Below are positions 51,094 to 63,749 of a stretch of DNA of 64,000 nucleotides, piece by piece. The stretch is from Camelus ferus (taxonomy: Eukaryota), in NCBI RefSeq assembly GCF_009834535.1, contig NC_045697.1, positions 105,836,001 through 105,900,000 on the forward strand. The letters run 5' to 3'. How positions within the stretch are numbered: the first letter of the stretch is position 1; each line of letters begins with the position of its first letter. The position numbers and the translations under genes were made by a program. The notes below the pieces were generated by a model that saw only the letters and a list, made by a program, of their open reading frames with translations, was not told the DNA's origin and made no database searches.

Positions 51094-54000
51094 CAATCAG
51101 ATGGGAAATGCACACAAATGTATTAAGCACTGCACCACGCATGTAGGTGGTGCTTAATAGATGAAAACTAAATATTAATTTGATATAAATCAATTGTTTT
51201 CAAAAAATGTAAAGAAAAAGACAAATTTATAAGTAATGTTTCTACTCATTAAATTTATTTCTAGTTCAAAAAAATAAAATAGCCATTCAAGTATGATCCC
51301 TATGTCTAAACTGTTTACATATGTAGTATTAACTGTCAAACCCAGCACTATATTTTCATACAGCTACAAAGATTCCACATTTCTCAACATGAAAAGTAAG
51401 TTAATAAAATCTTCCAGTGTTCAGCTACTGTGTCAAGAAAGAGCAAGACATAGAAGAAAACTGAGACGTTGAGTTGATATCTTTCTTAATCCTGACTGGT
51501 ATTGGTTTCCTTAGGGGAATTCTCAAAGTTGAGAAAGGCGAAGTCAAGTTATCTGAGCAGTCAGGGCTGCTCAGCCCAAGACCAAGGGCGAGCTTGCATT
51601 GCGCTCTGTAACCAGGGGCAGTGCAGTCTGGAGGCAAGTCAATGATGGCTCTTTCGAGCACTCTTCAACTTGACGTTGACTATTGTCTAACCCGTCTGCT
51701 TACTATTCCAAAAGTGTGGCCCTAGATTTTTGGATGCCCAATGTTCTCTTGCATTTTCACAACCTTCTACAGTCACTGCTTGTTTTTGATCTATTTTTCA
51801 TGACAGGGTGGTAGCCTTTTCTCTTCACTGTTGCTTCAGAAAAATGCAGTGAAAAATGTTTTCCAAGAATTTCTTTCTTCCCTTAAAAAAAATTTTTTAC
51901 TTGCCCTTTAGGATAACGCCCATATACTCCTTTGACATGCAGCATGAGATTCGATTTTTTTTTTTTTTTAGAAATTACACTGCATGTCAGTTATGTATTA
52001 GAGCAATCTGTCATCTTCACATTAGAGACACTGGATGCGGTCTCCAGCAGCTGGTTCTCTAGGACTTATATTTCAGAAAGTATGGTCACGGGTGTTACAT
52101 GAACAGTAGTCAGCAGGCCATTATTCTTAACATGATGTTTTAAATTATAAATATTACCAGACATCCCAGGGTGGCTCAGGGAGACGATTCTGTGGTTAAA
52201 ATAGAGAACAGTTCACACAACTACCAGGAAGAAGCAAATGAAAAGGCTAAAAATATATTGCTTCTATTAGTTTTAAAAGCTGACTTGGATCACAGCAGCC
52301 ACTTCGTCTTACCTAGCAGTGGTTATAGGGCTCTATTTGATTTTTTTTTCTTTCCATTTTATAAATAAGTAACTAAATCTATGGCATCTTTATTCCCTAC
52401 CTCTCCTTGCCCCTCAAGGTTGGTCAGTGCTCAGCTCCTGGCAACTATCGAAGTGGAGGTCAGTAATTCTTTCTGGACCTTCGCTCAAGGTGGGAGCCTA
52501 GTTGTCACTTTATAATAGTATCTATTATTTTGCATCAATTCTGTAAAAAGGATCTCCGCCAGGAAGCACTCCAGAGGACCCAGACACATTTTATATTAAG
52601 GAGGCTGGTATTTAAAACGTCAAAATAAAATGGCTCATGCAGCTGAAAAGAAAGGCATAGAAAAGCAGGTGGTGCAACCCAAATTCCCAGCAGAGCTGAC
52701 CCCGGGACTCCTCACCCCCAGGCACGGTGTGCCATTTAGGAAACAGTTCTTTCTACCACCATCTGGATGGTGGAATAAGTGATTCTGGAATCATGAAGAT
52801 ATCAAGTTGTAAAACAAGCCTTATTCGTTCCTTCATCCATGTTTCTTCCTGATGATTTACAGGTGCAAAGGGGGGGGGTCCTCCATTAAATACCAATGCA
52901 CGTTGCCATCACTTCATGGCGATTTGTTAGCAAAACTCATATTTATACCAAGTTAAATATACAAAACACTTCGGATGATCACAAGTGAAGGTTATAAACA
53001 TCTCGCTCATTTGCCTATATGATTTTTTAAATCCATGAACATTATTTAAATAAGCATATATAAGAAAATTCTCTCATTACATGGTTGGTTGTCAGTCCAT
53101 AGACAATTGCATATGAAGCCTTTTCTAGAGTACTATGTGGTAATACCATTTACCTATGGAAAGAGATCCACACAATGGCATTGTCTTTTAAAATCTAATT
53201 GTTTGACATAGTGGGGGACAAACATGAAAATGCGGTCCAACCCACATATGCCAAGGCAATCCAAGAAAGAATCTCCTGTTCACAAAGTATATTTCTCCTA
53301 CTATTAATTCATGGTCTTAATATCTTCTCTTTGTTATTTATTTGATGTGAGTTTTCTGTGCTTTGAGATATTTGACCATTTCTGTCTCACACTAGAGAAG
53401 CAAGCATACAAATTTTCTCAGACTGTGACAAAACTGTTTGAAAAACTGCACCTTGTTTATACCATTCATTCCTTAACATTCAGTAGTACAACAATTACAA
53501 AATTACAGTAATCTTTTATTTCTGATATGTTTGTGTAGTTTCAGAAGACAATTGTGAATTTCAGATATTTACTTTAATGGTGACATTTGAAAGTGAGCTA
53601 CATATGATTTGACAGTTTATACAACATCTCAATTCTAACTTGAGCTATTGGGCATGTATGTTCACAGATCTATTCATTTTTTTCCAGATATCTATTTTCA
53701 GAGGATATCAATGCATTGATTACACCATCTTCCACATCATGGAAGCAATCATTTCTTGGTCTCCATCCATCTCATCTACCTTAATTGGTATTTATTTGGT
53801 CTTACCATACTGGGAATCTGGCACTGTGCTAAGTGCATAGAATGGTTTAACTTTAATTAAACAATTTGAATCAATAATATTGCTGTGTGTGTATACACAC
53901 ACACACACCCCTACACCCAAACATACATACTTGACCTAATGGACTCTGCATACAGTAGAGGCTTGCCTATTGGTCCAGTGATCTCTGGAGGTGTGGGAAC

Positions 54001-55830
54001 TTCCTCTGTTCATCAGTAAATATGCAGCAGTGATATTTGACAGGCACAGAATCCTTTCTACCATCTGCTATATGTTTTGGCATCCACTGCCATGGAGCCA
54101 GGAGGGTATAGGAATCTTTTGGCTGCTTTATTTTCAGAGGTCATATGTCAGTTTCCTATGTATATTTCATTAAATTTTTAGAATTGGCTACCTACAACCC
54201 CCTAAATGCCCAAAGATTAAAATAAATTTTTTCTTCTCTTAAAGCAGAAAATACTTTTGATATTTGTACAAGATTTTGTAATTTCGGCGATATTAGTAAT
54301 ATTCATCAATCCATCCTCAATATCTCACAGAACGGATGCTAGTTCTGCACAGGACTTTCACTGAATATTTTTATTTATTCTTTCAATTACTCCATCTGTT
54401 TGCATGAAAAGCGTTCCTATCAGATCTTGATGCTTGTTTCCAGAGTTCAGGAGGCAGAATAGCACAACGTATAGAAGAACAGCGAAGGAACTGGAGAATA
54501 ATTACCACATTGGAAGTACTTCTCTTCCACGGCCCCCCATCCCTGTTTGTATCCAACAAAGAATAAAAACCTGAAGCGTGTTTGGATAAATACAGTTAGC
54601 AACCTAGCTGTTAAACAGGCACGATTTCTTTGAAACTTGTTAACAGTTGTCATTTAGTTGATAATTTCTGATGCTCAGCCCAGCCTTTAAATCTTCACAT
54701 TTGGATTTGGATCTGGCTTTTGAGTTCAACTTAGATGTAGTGATGAATGTGAAATCAGAAAAAAAGTCCAGCTGGGAAATGTGGATCCTTGGTTGGAGTC
54801 AGTGAAGAGAGGAAAAACTGAGTAGAAGTCAGAAAGGAAGGTGTGGGCAGATGGGCTCAGCTGTAATATTAATGTTTTACTGCTTTTTTATTAATGACCA
54901 ATGTTTATGCTGCAGCTAAAATTTATATATAACACCTCTCTCCTCAGGCTGAAGAACACTTTTTATTTACTTTCTCAGGAAGAAGGAAATTCCAGCTTTA
55001 CTAGTATATAGGGTATATTGCATGTTTTGTTCTCTTCAAGTAAGCCAAGAAGTACAAATAAACAAATGTAAAAAATAAGACCTCCCTCTATAGAATGAAA
55101 ATGTGTTCTACATCTCATATTTTCCAATTTGTTTTATGATTCTGCCATTAAGTCAGGGCAATAAAAAAATAAATGGAGTAAATTAGCCTTTGCTTTAAGG
55201 TTAAAATCGTGCATGGAAAGTAGTATTTGAAACAACTAAACAACTAAAACAATGTATTTGTGCACAAGGGATGGCTTGAGAAACCTCCGAAATTGGTTCA
55301 ACCTCTGCAAAAAAAACAAAGTGTCTGTTGGTATTACACTCTATGAAAGAAATAATATGAGTCAGTAAAAGGCGTTTCTACCACTTCTAAAACACCTGCT
55401 ACGCAGACCACTGTCTGTCTTCTTTGAACTCCTCAAAAATAGAAGGGGAGAAGAGGCTCCAGCTTTTTGTTTACTGATCTGTTTGTTTTACTGCCCCTGC
55501 ATTTCAGTGAAGTTACAGATTTTGAATCTATAAGCCCATTGCAAATTTATCAAAGGAGCAGCCTGATAAATCAGAGGGGAGTTCAACAGTGGCTGCGTAA
55601 AATCCCACCTGTCTTTTTACGCCTTCTGGGAAGAGAAGCCGCAGTACAAGTCTGCCCACCCTTGCCCCCTACACAGCCCGACCACGCCAGTGGCGAGAAG
55701 CCCTGGTCTCAGGCCTTCCTGCACCCTGAGGACCTTCCTCGCCATCTCATGTCACGAGGAGCTTTGTTAGGCCGGCTTCAAGTTGTTAGTAAAACACAGG
55801 AACGGCGGCTCATTTCCGTGTTGTTTGCTC

Positions 55831-56598
55831 TGCCCCTCTTTTATTTTTTTAAACTAGTCTTTTGTCCCTGATCCTCTTTCAGCCCTCACCCCTGGCCTTC
55901 ACCTTTTTTTTTTCCATTTTTTCCCCTTTTTCAGGTTTATTAGGTAGAACGATTACAGTTTGACTGCACACATACATTATATTGCATGTAAATACATATA
56001 CACAACATACTGCACACTTTTTAAGTTCACATATATGTACTGATCATTGGTTCTAAGAACAAATTAGAGCTTTAGCTTTTTAAGTTTACATAGTTGTCAA
56101 AGGAATAAAGCACATACATATTACTTATAACTTAGATGATTGATTTCTTGAATATGTGTAAGCACATTTGACTGTCCTGTATGATTGGATTACCGCATTC
56201 TGTTGATTCTTATTTTGTGGTTGGCTTTATTCCTTCATCTTTCTTGATTGACAGCTTTGCCTTCCTCTGTTGCCTTCTCTCCCCAAATCCCTTGATTTCC
56301 CTCCAACTTCGGAACTCAGGGTGGGGTGGGGTGTGGAGGAGAAGCCCCAGGCCCAAGAGTCCATCTGCTCTCCTTCCTGTACCCCACGGGGGGCAGGAGA
56401 AGAGGATACCAGTCCCCAGCCCAGCACTGAGGAAGAATGGGGCTGTTAGGGCCTGAGCTCTGACCCCCTTCTCCCCCACCCCCAGGACTGTGCCACTTCT
56501 GGGTGGAGCAGTGAGCTCTAGCTCGGCTCACACTGAGAATGTAAGAACTACAAACGAAATTTCTATTAAATTAAGTTTTGTGTCTTAAAAAAAAAAAA
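55831..56598 (+). pseudogene. CALR: 5'-truncated processed pseudogene of calreticulin (3'UTR only), interrupted by an insertion
   Basis: Matches the mammalian CALR 3'UTR as I recall it: 'ttcagccctcacccctgg', 'catctgctctccttcctg', 'cccagcactgaggaagaa', 'gccacttctgggtgg', 'ggctcacactgagaatgtaagaactacaaac.aaatttctattaaattaa.ttttgtgtct'. ATTAAA at 56565-56570 and poly(A) at 56587-56598. No coding sequence is present. Confidence 0.88.
55904..56231 (-). pseudogene. Retroposed poly(A)-tailed fragment of an unidentified transcript, nested in the CALR retrocopy
   Basis: Poly(T) at 55904-55913 and antisense AATAAA at 55936-55941. TSD ccttcaccttt (from 55896) and ccttcatcttt (from 56232). CALR homology resumes right after. 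I recognised no TE homology. Confidence 0.75.
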
Positions 56599-57090
56599 GT
56601 GTCCAAGGCCACACATTCAAGAAGACCAGAAACAAGGCTGCTGACCCCAAAGTTTGAACTGGTTTCAAATTAAGTTGGCAAGGAGGAAATATGTGAATGG
56701 CCTTTTGAAGGTCAAGTTCTTTCTGTTCATGGGGGAGTAATATGTTCAGAGCCAGAATAAGGAACTAGCACCTGGGCACTTAAAATGTCACCAAGGCCAC
56801 TGTAACATGACTGAAAATGCTGGGAGCTGTAGCAAATTGCATTTTGCCAGAACTCCTCCTGGAGAGAACTGCAGATGGTTGGAAGAAATGCTACAATACG
56901 CTGCTTGTTTACCCTTGTGGCCCCAGCCAAGCAGGGGGCCTGAAAAGCAGTAGGTGCTAAATAACATTCATGAAAGAATGTTCATGAACCAGAAATGATG
57001 GGGAGCATGATCTACCAAGGGGGTTCAAGGAGGCAGCGATCACTTGATGGTCTCTAAAATGCTTTCTAAAGAGGGTCCCTCTAAGGAACA

Positions 57091-57402
57091 TTTCTTTCTT
57101 TTTTTTATGGAAATATAGTCAATTTACAAAGTTGTATTAATTTCTGGTACACAGCATAGTGATTCACTTACACGTATATATATTCCTTTTCATATTATTT
57201 TTCATTATAGGCTATTATAAGGTATTGAATATAGTTCCCTGTGCTATACAGTAGGGTCTTGTTGTTTATTTTATATATAGTAGTTAGTATCTGCAAATCC
57301 CAAACTCTCAATTTATCCCTCTACTCCCCCCTCTTCCCCTCTGGTAATCATAAGTTTGATTTCTATGTCTGCGAGTCTGTCTCTGTTTTGTAAGTAAGTT
57401 CA
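57091..57402 (-). mobile_element. Young LINE-1 3'UTR stub
   Basis: T-rich tail, then 'aaatatagtcaatttaca..atagttccctgtgctatacagtagg..ctggtaatcataagtttg..tctgttttgtaagtaagttca'. Confidence 0.9.
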
Positions 57403-58386
57403 CTTTCTTCCAAAATGCCTTCTAAAGAGACTTTGTTCCTCTTGTGGAGGATGCAAGCTGTGAGTCCCCCACTAGTTAGAAGACAGATTGATTTCTGAAC
57501 CAGTGCTGTTCTTGCCCTCTCAGTGTTCAGTCTGTCTGTGAATCTATCTTCTAGTCAAAGAATAGAGTGTGAAGGAGTGTGACATTATGAGTTGTCCCTG
57601 AGTGCCCACCCACGTGTCTCAGCTTGGTCCTGAACATGACACTGTGACTTCGAACTTGCTGGTCGGTGTATTTTCTTGGAATTCTAGCCCCAGTCCTGTT
57701 AGTACATTCACCCTGGTGTCTGGATGAGAAGCACTGTTCAGGGTCATGACTCAGTGGCTCATTTTGTTCCTTTGAGACCCCTCCCCACTTTCCCCTCCCT
57801 GCAAAGAAAAAAAATGCAGTCTTTCCACTGAAATAATCAACAGAGGTTGTTTACATAAGGCAGCATGGAGGAAATTTTTCATTACATTTTATTAGAAATG
57901 AACTTAAAATTTACATTAACTGAGACATGAATTTATTTATGGACATCAGATATGTTTAGCTTCAAGAGTAAAATGATCAAAAAGTGCGTGTATTTTAGAC
58001 AGAGTACCCAGGTTTGTACAATTTTACTTAAATGCTTTAAAACAATTGGTACCCAGTAAGGCATCCAATTTGTTTTAACAAATTGTGAGTTACACACAAG
58101 ATGACTGAGCTATTGCTCAGTGGGGTTCTATATAACTCTGCCTCCTGCAGCCATTATTGAAAATATTTGGCTACCAGGACATCAGCTGGGGTGTACCATC
58201 ACCATGTCTAACAGACTATAGAAAATTTCTCTACAATAAGTACAAAGGTTAGACTTAAACAATGGATGATCTTTTTAAAAAGAAAACTCCAAAGCTTTAA
58301 AGAACGTGGTTCTTTGGTTTGGAATGCTTCTCATGATGGAATTCTGAATAAAGTATCTTCTACTGCATAATCAGAAAACTATGATA

Positions 58387-58589
58387 CAATCATATCTCAT
58401 TTTATTGTGTTTCACTTTATAGATACTGCATTTTTTTTTCACAAATTGAAGGTTTATGGTAACCCTGCATTGAGCAAACCCATCAACAGCATTTTTTTTA
58501 GTAGCAGTTGTTCACTTGCTGTCTCTGTGTCACATTTTGGTAACTCTTGCAATATTTCAAATTTTTTCATTATTATTATATCTGTTATA
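58387..58589 (+). mobile_element. Tigger1 (TcMar) DNA transposon terminal fragment
   Basis: Follows TA. 'acaaattgaaggtttatggtaaccctgcattgagcaa..tctctgtgtcacattttggtaactcttgcaatatttcaaa..cattattattatatctgttat' matches the Tigger1 left end. Confidence 0.9.
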
Positions 58590-59079
58590 ACTGGGAGAAC
58601 ACTCAAAGTTTTAAAGGAATCTCTAATTTATTGTTTCCTGTTTCCCTTTGAGAGTCAAAGTTTCTTACCATTATCATTTTGGATTGAGAAAGACTGCAAT
58701 AAAGATTACTGATACCCAGCAATGCATGCAAATGGTTTCCCAGCTTTTCCTTCTCCATCCTACTCTCCAGCCCATAAGCAGGGCTAGTTTCAGGAAAATG
58801 CTTCTTCCAGAGAACTCTGATGGCAGCCCCTGAATGGACTACTCAGCCAGTTTGTAGTTATCAATAGCAAATTCCCAGTGGCTCTTAAGAGGTGAGAGGA
58901 GTGCAGAGGCATTGGGATGGACGCAACAGCTCAACTATGCTGCAGATACAATGTGTCTCTTCTCTGCAGAAGCAGTTTCTTGGTTTGTGACTCCTGATGC
59001 CCTTTCCCCCATAGTGAATAGTCTGGTGATCTATTCTGTCAGCTCTTGAAGTTCAACTAGTTATTATCTATGAAACTCT

Positions 59080-59500
59080 ATTAAGAAACATTAAAGCTTC
59101 TGATTATACATAATATATACTGTGTGCATCTAAGTTGAGAAAATAACGCAGATAAAAATCACAGTTGTCTATTACCTACAGTAATTACTCGTAACATTTT
59201 TACGTTAATCTATTTACAGTAATTTTTCTATGTATAGATGTAATTTTAAGGTATTATATACCCAAAACTTGCTAAAATGTGTGAATATTTTCTCATGTCA
59301 TTTTTAATGTCTGTGTAATATTTCATCTTTCAAATGTATCCTATTTTTTAACTGACACATACTGTTGGGCATCTAGATAGGTTTTAATTTCATTTTTATA
59401 ATAACCAGTTCTGCTACAGACATTTTAGGAAATCATTGAGTCGATATCCATAACACTTTTCTAAGGATAAATCCTGAAAAGCAGATTTTTTAAATTGGCT
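59080..59500 (-). mobile_element. Old LINE-1 (L1ME-like) 3' fragment
   Basis: 'actgttgggcatctagataggttttaattt..ctaaggataaatcctgaaaag'. Confidence 0.55.
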
Positions 59501-59538
59501 CTGCAATACTTGATCTTAGTATTTTCATGGTTTTGAGC

Positions 59539-60010
59539 TGTGTTACTCAGGATAGGCTAACTGCTCTAATAAACAACTTCAAACTCTCAGAGCCTTAACA
59601 CAACAAAGATTTTTTGCTCACACAGAGTCTCATGAGGACGTCCCAGGCCAGTGTTTCTCCTTGATGGCTATCCTCCAAGCATCAGTCCTCAGTGGAGGGA
59701 TCCAGGCTCCTTCCAGTGTATGTTTACACCATCAAGGAGTCAATGGAAGCCATCCTAAGATGACTCAGATGTTTTATGATTGTGTCTGAAACAGGGTACA
59801 TCACTTGTGCCCACAATGAATGCCTGTAACTCAGAGCCATAACTCAATGTACCCAGATCTTCTATCTATAGATTGTGACTCAATTTATCTATCTGCAAGT
59901 GTGTGTGTGTGTGTGTTGGGGATGGTAGTGGTTGTAATGAATACAGTCTTTCTCTGTGCCCAGGAGAAATATTAAATATTTTGGGGGAACACAGAATAGT
60001 TTTGGTCCCA
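59539..60010 (-). mobile_element. Old MaLR LTR (MLT1K/L-like)
   Basis: 'tgtgttactcaggataggctaactgctctaataaacaacttcaaactctcagagccttaacacaacaaagatt..ggatccaggctccttcca'. Confidence 0.75.
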
Positions 60011-60035
60011 GTTTCATTTTTCTTAACTTGATTAG

Positions 60036-60157
60036 GATGTTCCCGTACCTTGAAGCAGTATTAGTTCACATCAGTTATCCTGGTATGCCTGTTAATAATA
60101 CCTCTCTCCCTCTCAAAAGTATTCTGGTTTAAACGGTAAGTTTTATGGTAACTCTAG
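60036..60157 (-). mobile_element. MER94-like hAT/Blackjack remnant
   Basis: 'gttaataatacctctctccctctcaaaagtattctggtttaaacggtaagttttatggtaactcta'. Confidence 0.65.
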
Positions 60158-60374
60158 CTATGACTCCATGATAAAGACCCTAAGGTTTCTTGAGTCCCTG
60201 TTTCTCAGATCCAGGTGTCCTTCTGCTTTCAAAATGATTCTCTGAGATCTGCCTTGTCTTCCCAGCACTGACCAGATGGGTTTCTCTGAAGTAGGAAACT
60301 AAGAAGAGTTCCCAGATAAAGGAGACCATTGCTCAGGCTTTCGCTTTTCCCCCTGCAAAATAGAAGCTACAAGA

Positions 60375-60597
60375 ACTTAGATTTTAGTTCAATGTAAAGA
60401 AGACATTTCTACAATTAACAGCATCTAAACAAACCACTTTAAAATGATATTTCTAAGGTAGTAAGGCTCCTATCCTTGGAACAGTTGAAATGGCAGTGGG
60501 ATTAACACTTACCAGTAGATTCTTGAATTGAGTAGAAGGTTAGAATAGATGCATTTAAGTATTCTCCTGACTCTGAGAGCTTCTCTGTTCTCTGATT
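60375..60597 (+). mobile_element. L3/CR1 LINE 3' end
   Basis: 'ttttagttcaatgtaaagaagacatttctacaatta..aggtagtaaggctcctatccttggaa..ggttagaatagatg..ctctgagagcttctctgttctctga'. Confidence 0.65.
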
Positions 60598-62164
60598 TTA
60601 AATCACTCGGTCTGCTTGGAACAGGGCCATCTGGATCTTTTCAAGGAGACCCCCCCCCCATCGCTGTCAACTGCATGAATTTGACACAGTTTAAAGACAG
60701 CTATGATTTGGACTGGATTGTAAGGTTCAACCAAAATTTTCTAAAATAGGTTAATCCTGGAGCTATTTTCAATGTTTGAAAAAGTGGAATTTTTTCCTTC
60801 GCCTTAGGGGACTACCACTAAGGAATCTAACACTGTATCTTTTCAGCTGAACCAATAAACGAGTGAAGTCTTCTTAAAAACAGTCTTTCTAAATGTACCA
60901 TGTTCTCTACAATTCTGGTCATGTTTGCTGCTGATGAAGGAAAGGAAACTCTGTGACGAGTTACACTCATGTAATAGGACAGGTGATTTGTTAGCCCTGT
61001 TCTTTCTCCTTTGCATCCTCTTGCTAACTAAGAGAACTGTTTTGCCTCTAAGGCCACATAAATGGTTTTCACTGTAAAATTAAGACCTAGAGATCAGACA
61101 GAAGGGGAGAGAGCGGGACGGAAGAAAGGAGAGGGAGGGAGACATAGAGTTATTGAGGGGGAATACAGACAGAAATAGAAAATAAGACAAGGAAAAGAGA
61201 AAGGTAAAAAAATGATCAGGCAAAGTGATACAATTGCTTTGCTTTCAAATCACACATTGGTAGAATTGCCTAGCGATGGAATAGTTAAAAATATGCTATA
61301 AAATATGTCTATTGTCAGACAAATTAGAGAAGAATAGTATAATTTCAGAAAACAAAACTATCATTAGGGACACTGAGAAAGTGAATAGAGAATAAATTTC
61401 TGTTTTGACTTCACTCAGTATGAAGAAGCAGTTTAAAATAGCATATTCATATTTACGAATTTGAAAATATGCAGTCTGATATGCTTAAAAGTGTCAACTT
61501 TTTCTTCTATTCCAGTTTCTTTCCCTCTTTGAGGCACAGACTAAACCAAGACTCACCAACTTTAGCTTCCTGTTTAGTCCCTGCTTTAATGATGGAGTGC
61601 AAAGAACGGCTTTGTGGTACCCACCAGCCTGCGTTGTCTTTTCTCCTCTCTCTCTTACTCTTCTCTTTTTGAACTTCTCACACCTCAGGGACAATCACAA
61701 CGAATTTGAACAGTTTTCCTCGATTGTTTCCCTTTTAGAATTTCCTTGTAAGTCACACCGTTCCACCACTACACCATCCACAAAACAAGTTCCAAATTAT
61801 GTTAATCAAAACACAAGACTTCATCTTTGAACAAAGTGGATGAATACTGGAATTTTTAGGAATAATTTCAAATAAAAACAACTCCAAGGCCTCCATGGAC
61901 TTGTTGAACATGCAATAACCTTGTGGAAGTGTGAGAAAGAAAAAAATCAAAAGGGAAATATCCTCTTGAACAATGACCAAAACAGCAAAGATGACCCAGT
62001 GTGGTCCTCTGAGCATGAAGGAAAAGTATTAGGGAAATCCTCCTGCTGAGTGCTTGTGAGCTGACCCCATACCAATGTGTCTAACTTCACGTCATGTCAT
62101 CAGAAGCAGGAGGCGGCTAGTTCCTCAAAGATCAGCCTCAGAGTGTCTCCCATCAACTCCATTT

Positions 62165-63735
62165 CCTTAGGATTGACATTTTTACATGACTACTTACTCA
62201 TTCTCCTGTCTTGACTTTCTTTCTCCTCTTTTTTTTTTTTTTTTTTTTTTGGTTCATTTGCTTCCTAGGCCCCATGGTTTTAAAATCAGCTATAAGTTGT
62301 TGGCTGTCAGTTTTATATTTTCAGTCTCTATTCAGCACTCTACAGATGTTACTCCTCTGTCTTCTTTGCATTGTCTTTGATGAAAAATCGGGTGTCACCG
62401 TTACATTTGCTGTTCCGTAGGTAATATGTCTTTACTCTCCCGCTGTGTTTAAGACGTTTTCTCTAACTTCGGTTTTAAGCAACTTGATTACGATGTACAC
62501 AGCTGTGGTTTTCTTCATGTTTCTTGTCCTTTGGGTTTGTCTCACATACCAGATCTATGGATTCATAGTTTTCATCAAATCTGGAAAAATTTTGTCCATT
62601 ATTTTTTCTAGTATTATTTCTATTTTACTGTCTTTAGGGACTTCACTTAAAGGTAAATCAGACCGCTTGACATCATTCCACAGCCTAATAATTCTGTTTT
62701 CCCTATTTTGTATTCCTTTTTCTGTTTTGTTTTATTTTGCATAGTTTCTATTGCTATGGCTTCAGGTTCAGTAATCTTTCCTCTGTGACGTCACATCTGC
62801 CATTAATCTCATCCTGTGTAATTCTTATCTTTGACGTGGTAGTTTTTATCTCCAGAAGTTTTATTTGAGTCCTTTTTAATGTTCTGTGTCTCTATAACTT
62901 TTTGAACATATGGGATACAGTTAAAATAACTGCTTCAATGTATCTGTCTCATAATCCTAACATCTGTGTCTAGCTTAGTTGGTTTAGATTGATTGTTCTT
63001 TCTCCTCTTTATGGGTCACTGTAAATTTTAACTAGTTGGGTGCTGGATATATTTTACTCCTGTGAGTATTCTTGAGCTTTGCTCTGGGACACAGTTACTT
63101 GGAACCAATTTGATCTTTTCGAAACCTGCTTTTAAGATTTGCTTGGTAAGACTGGACTAGTTCTCAGCCAAGGATTTATTAACCACCACTACTGAGGCAA
63201 GACCTTTCTGAGTAGTCTAACCATGGCTCATGAATCATGAGGGTTTTTCAATCTGGTTAGTGGAGGCACACACTAGTTTTGCCCTGGGTGAGTTTCAAGT
63301 ACCCTTCAAGTGGTTCTTTCCCCAGCCTTGGATAGTTCCCTCACCTACATGACTGGTCTGTGCTTTGCTAAATACTGGAGAGGAATCCTGTGTGTTTATC
63401 TGAGATTCCCTCTCTATGCAATTTTCTCCTCTTCAGGGTGCTGCCCTGGGAATTCTACCTCCTTGGTCTTCTAGGACTCTCAGCTACATCTCCTCGTCTC
63501 AGAGAGTCAGCCAGGTTCCACTTGGAGTCCCCCTCCCTGTGCCACCGCATGTAAACTCTCTCAAGAAAGTAAGTCAGAGAGATCACATACCTCACCTCCT
63601 TGGTTTCTTGTCTCTCCACTATTGCTGTCCTTCGTTGTCTGGTGTCATGTGTCTTAAAAACATATTTTCCAACGTGTTTGATGCTTTGGATTAAAAGGTA
63701 AACCCAGTCCCTGTTACTCTACCTTGCCTGGAATT
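62165..63735 (-). mobile_element. Old LINE-1 ORF1 and 5' region
   Basis: Antisense L1M ORF1-type blocks 'tagttttcatcaaatctggaaaaattttgtccattattttttc', 'ttgctatggcttcaggttcagtaatctttcc', 'tccagaagttttatttg'. Confidence 0.75.
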
Positions 63736-63749
63736 ATAAGCTCTGTGTT

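Noticed and set aside
52756..52773. Small hairpin ccaccatc-tg-gatggtgg as a miRNA or structured RNA
   Set aside because: An 8-bp stem is far too short for a pre-miRNA and can arise by chance in 64 kb.
55467..55871. 134-aa ORF running into the CALR retrocopy
   Set aside because: Non-ATG start and no similarity to calreticulin or any protein I recognise. The retrocopy contains only 3'UTR.
57056..57429. 18-bp direct repeat aaaatgc(t/c)ttctaaagag as the TSD of the L1 stub
   Set aside because: The copies do not abut the L1 ends. A small pre-existing duplication is more likely.
61753..62016. 87-aa minus-strand ORF with an internal acceptor-like site
   Set aside because: No recognisable homology and no convincing donor site or partner exons.
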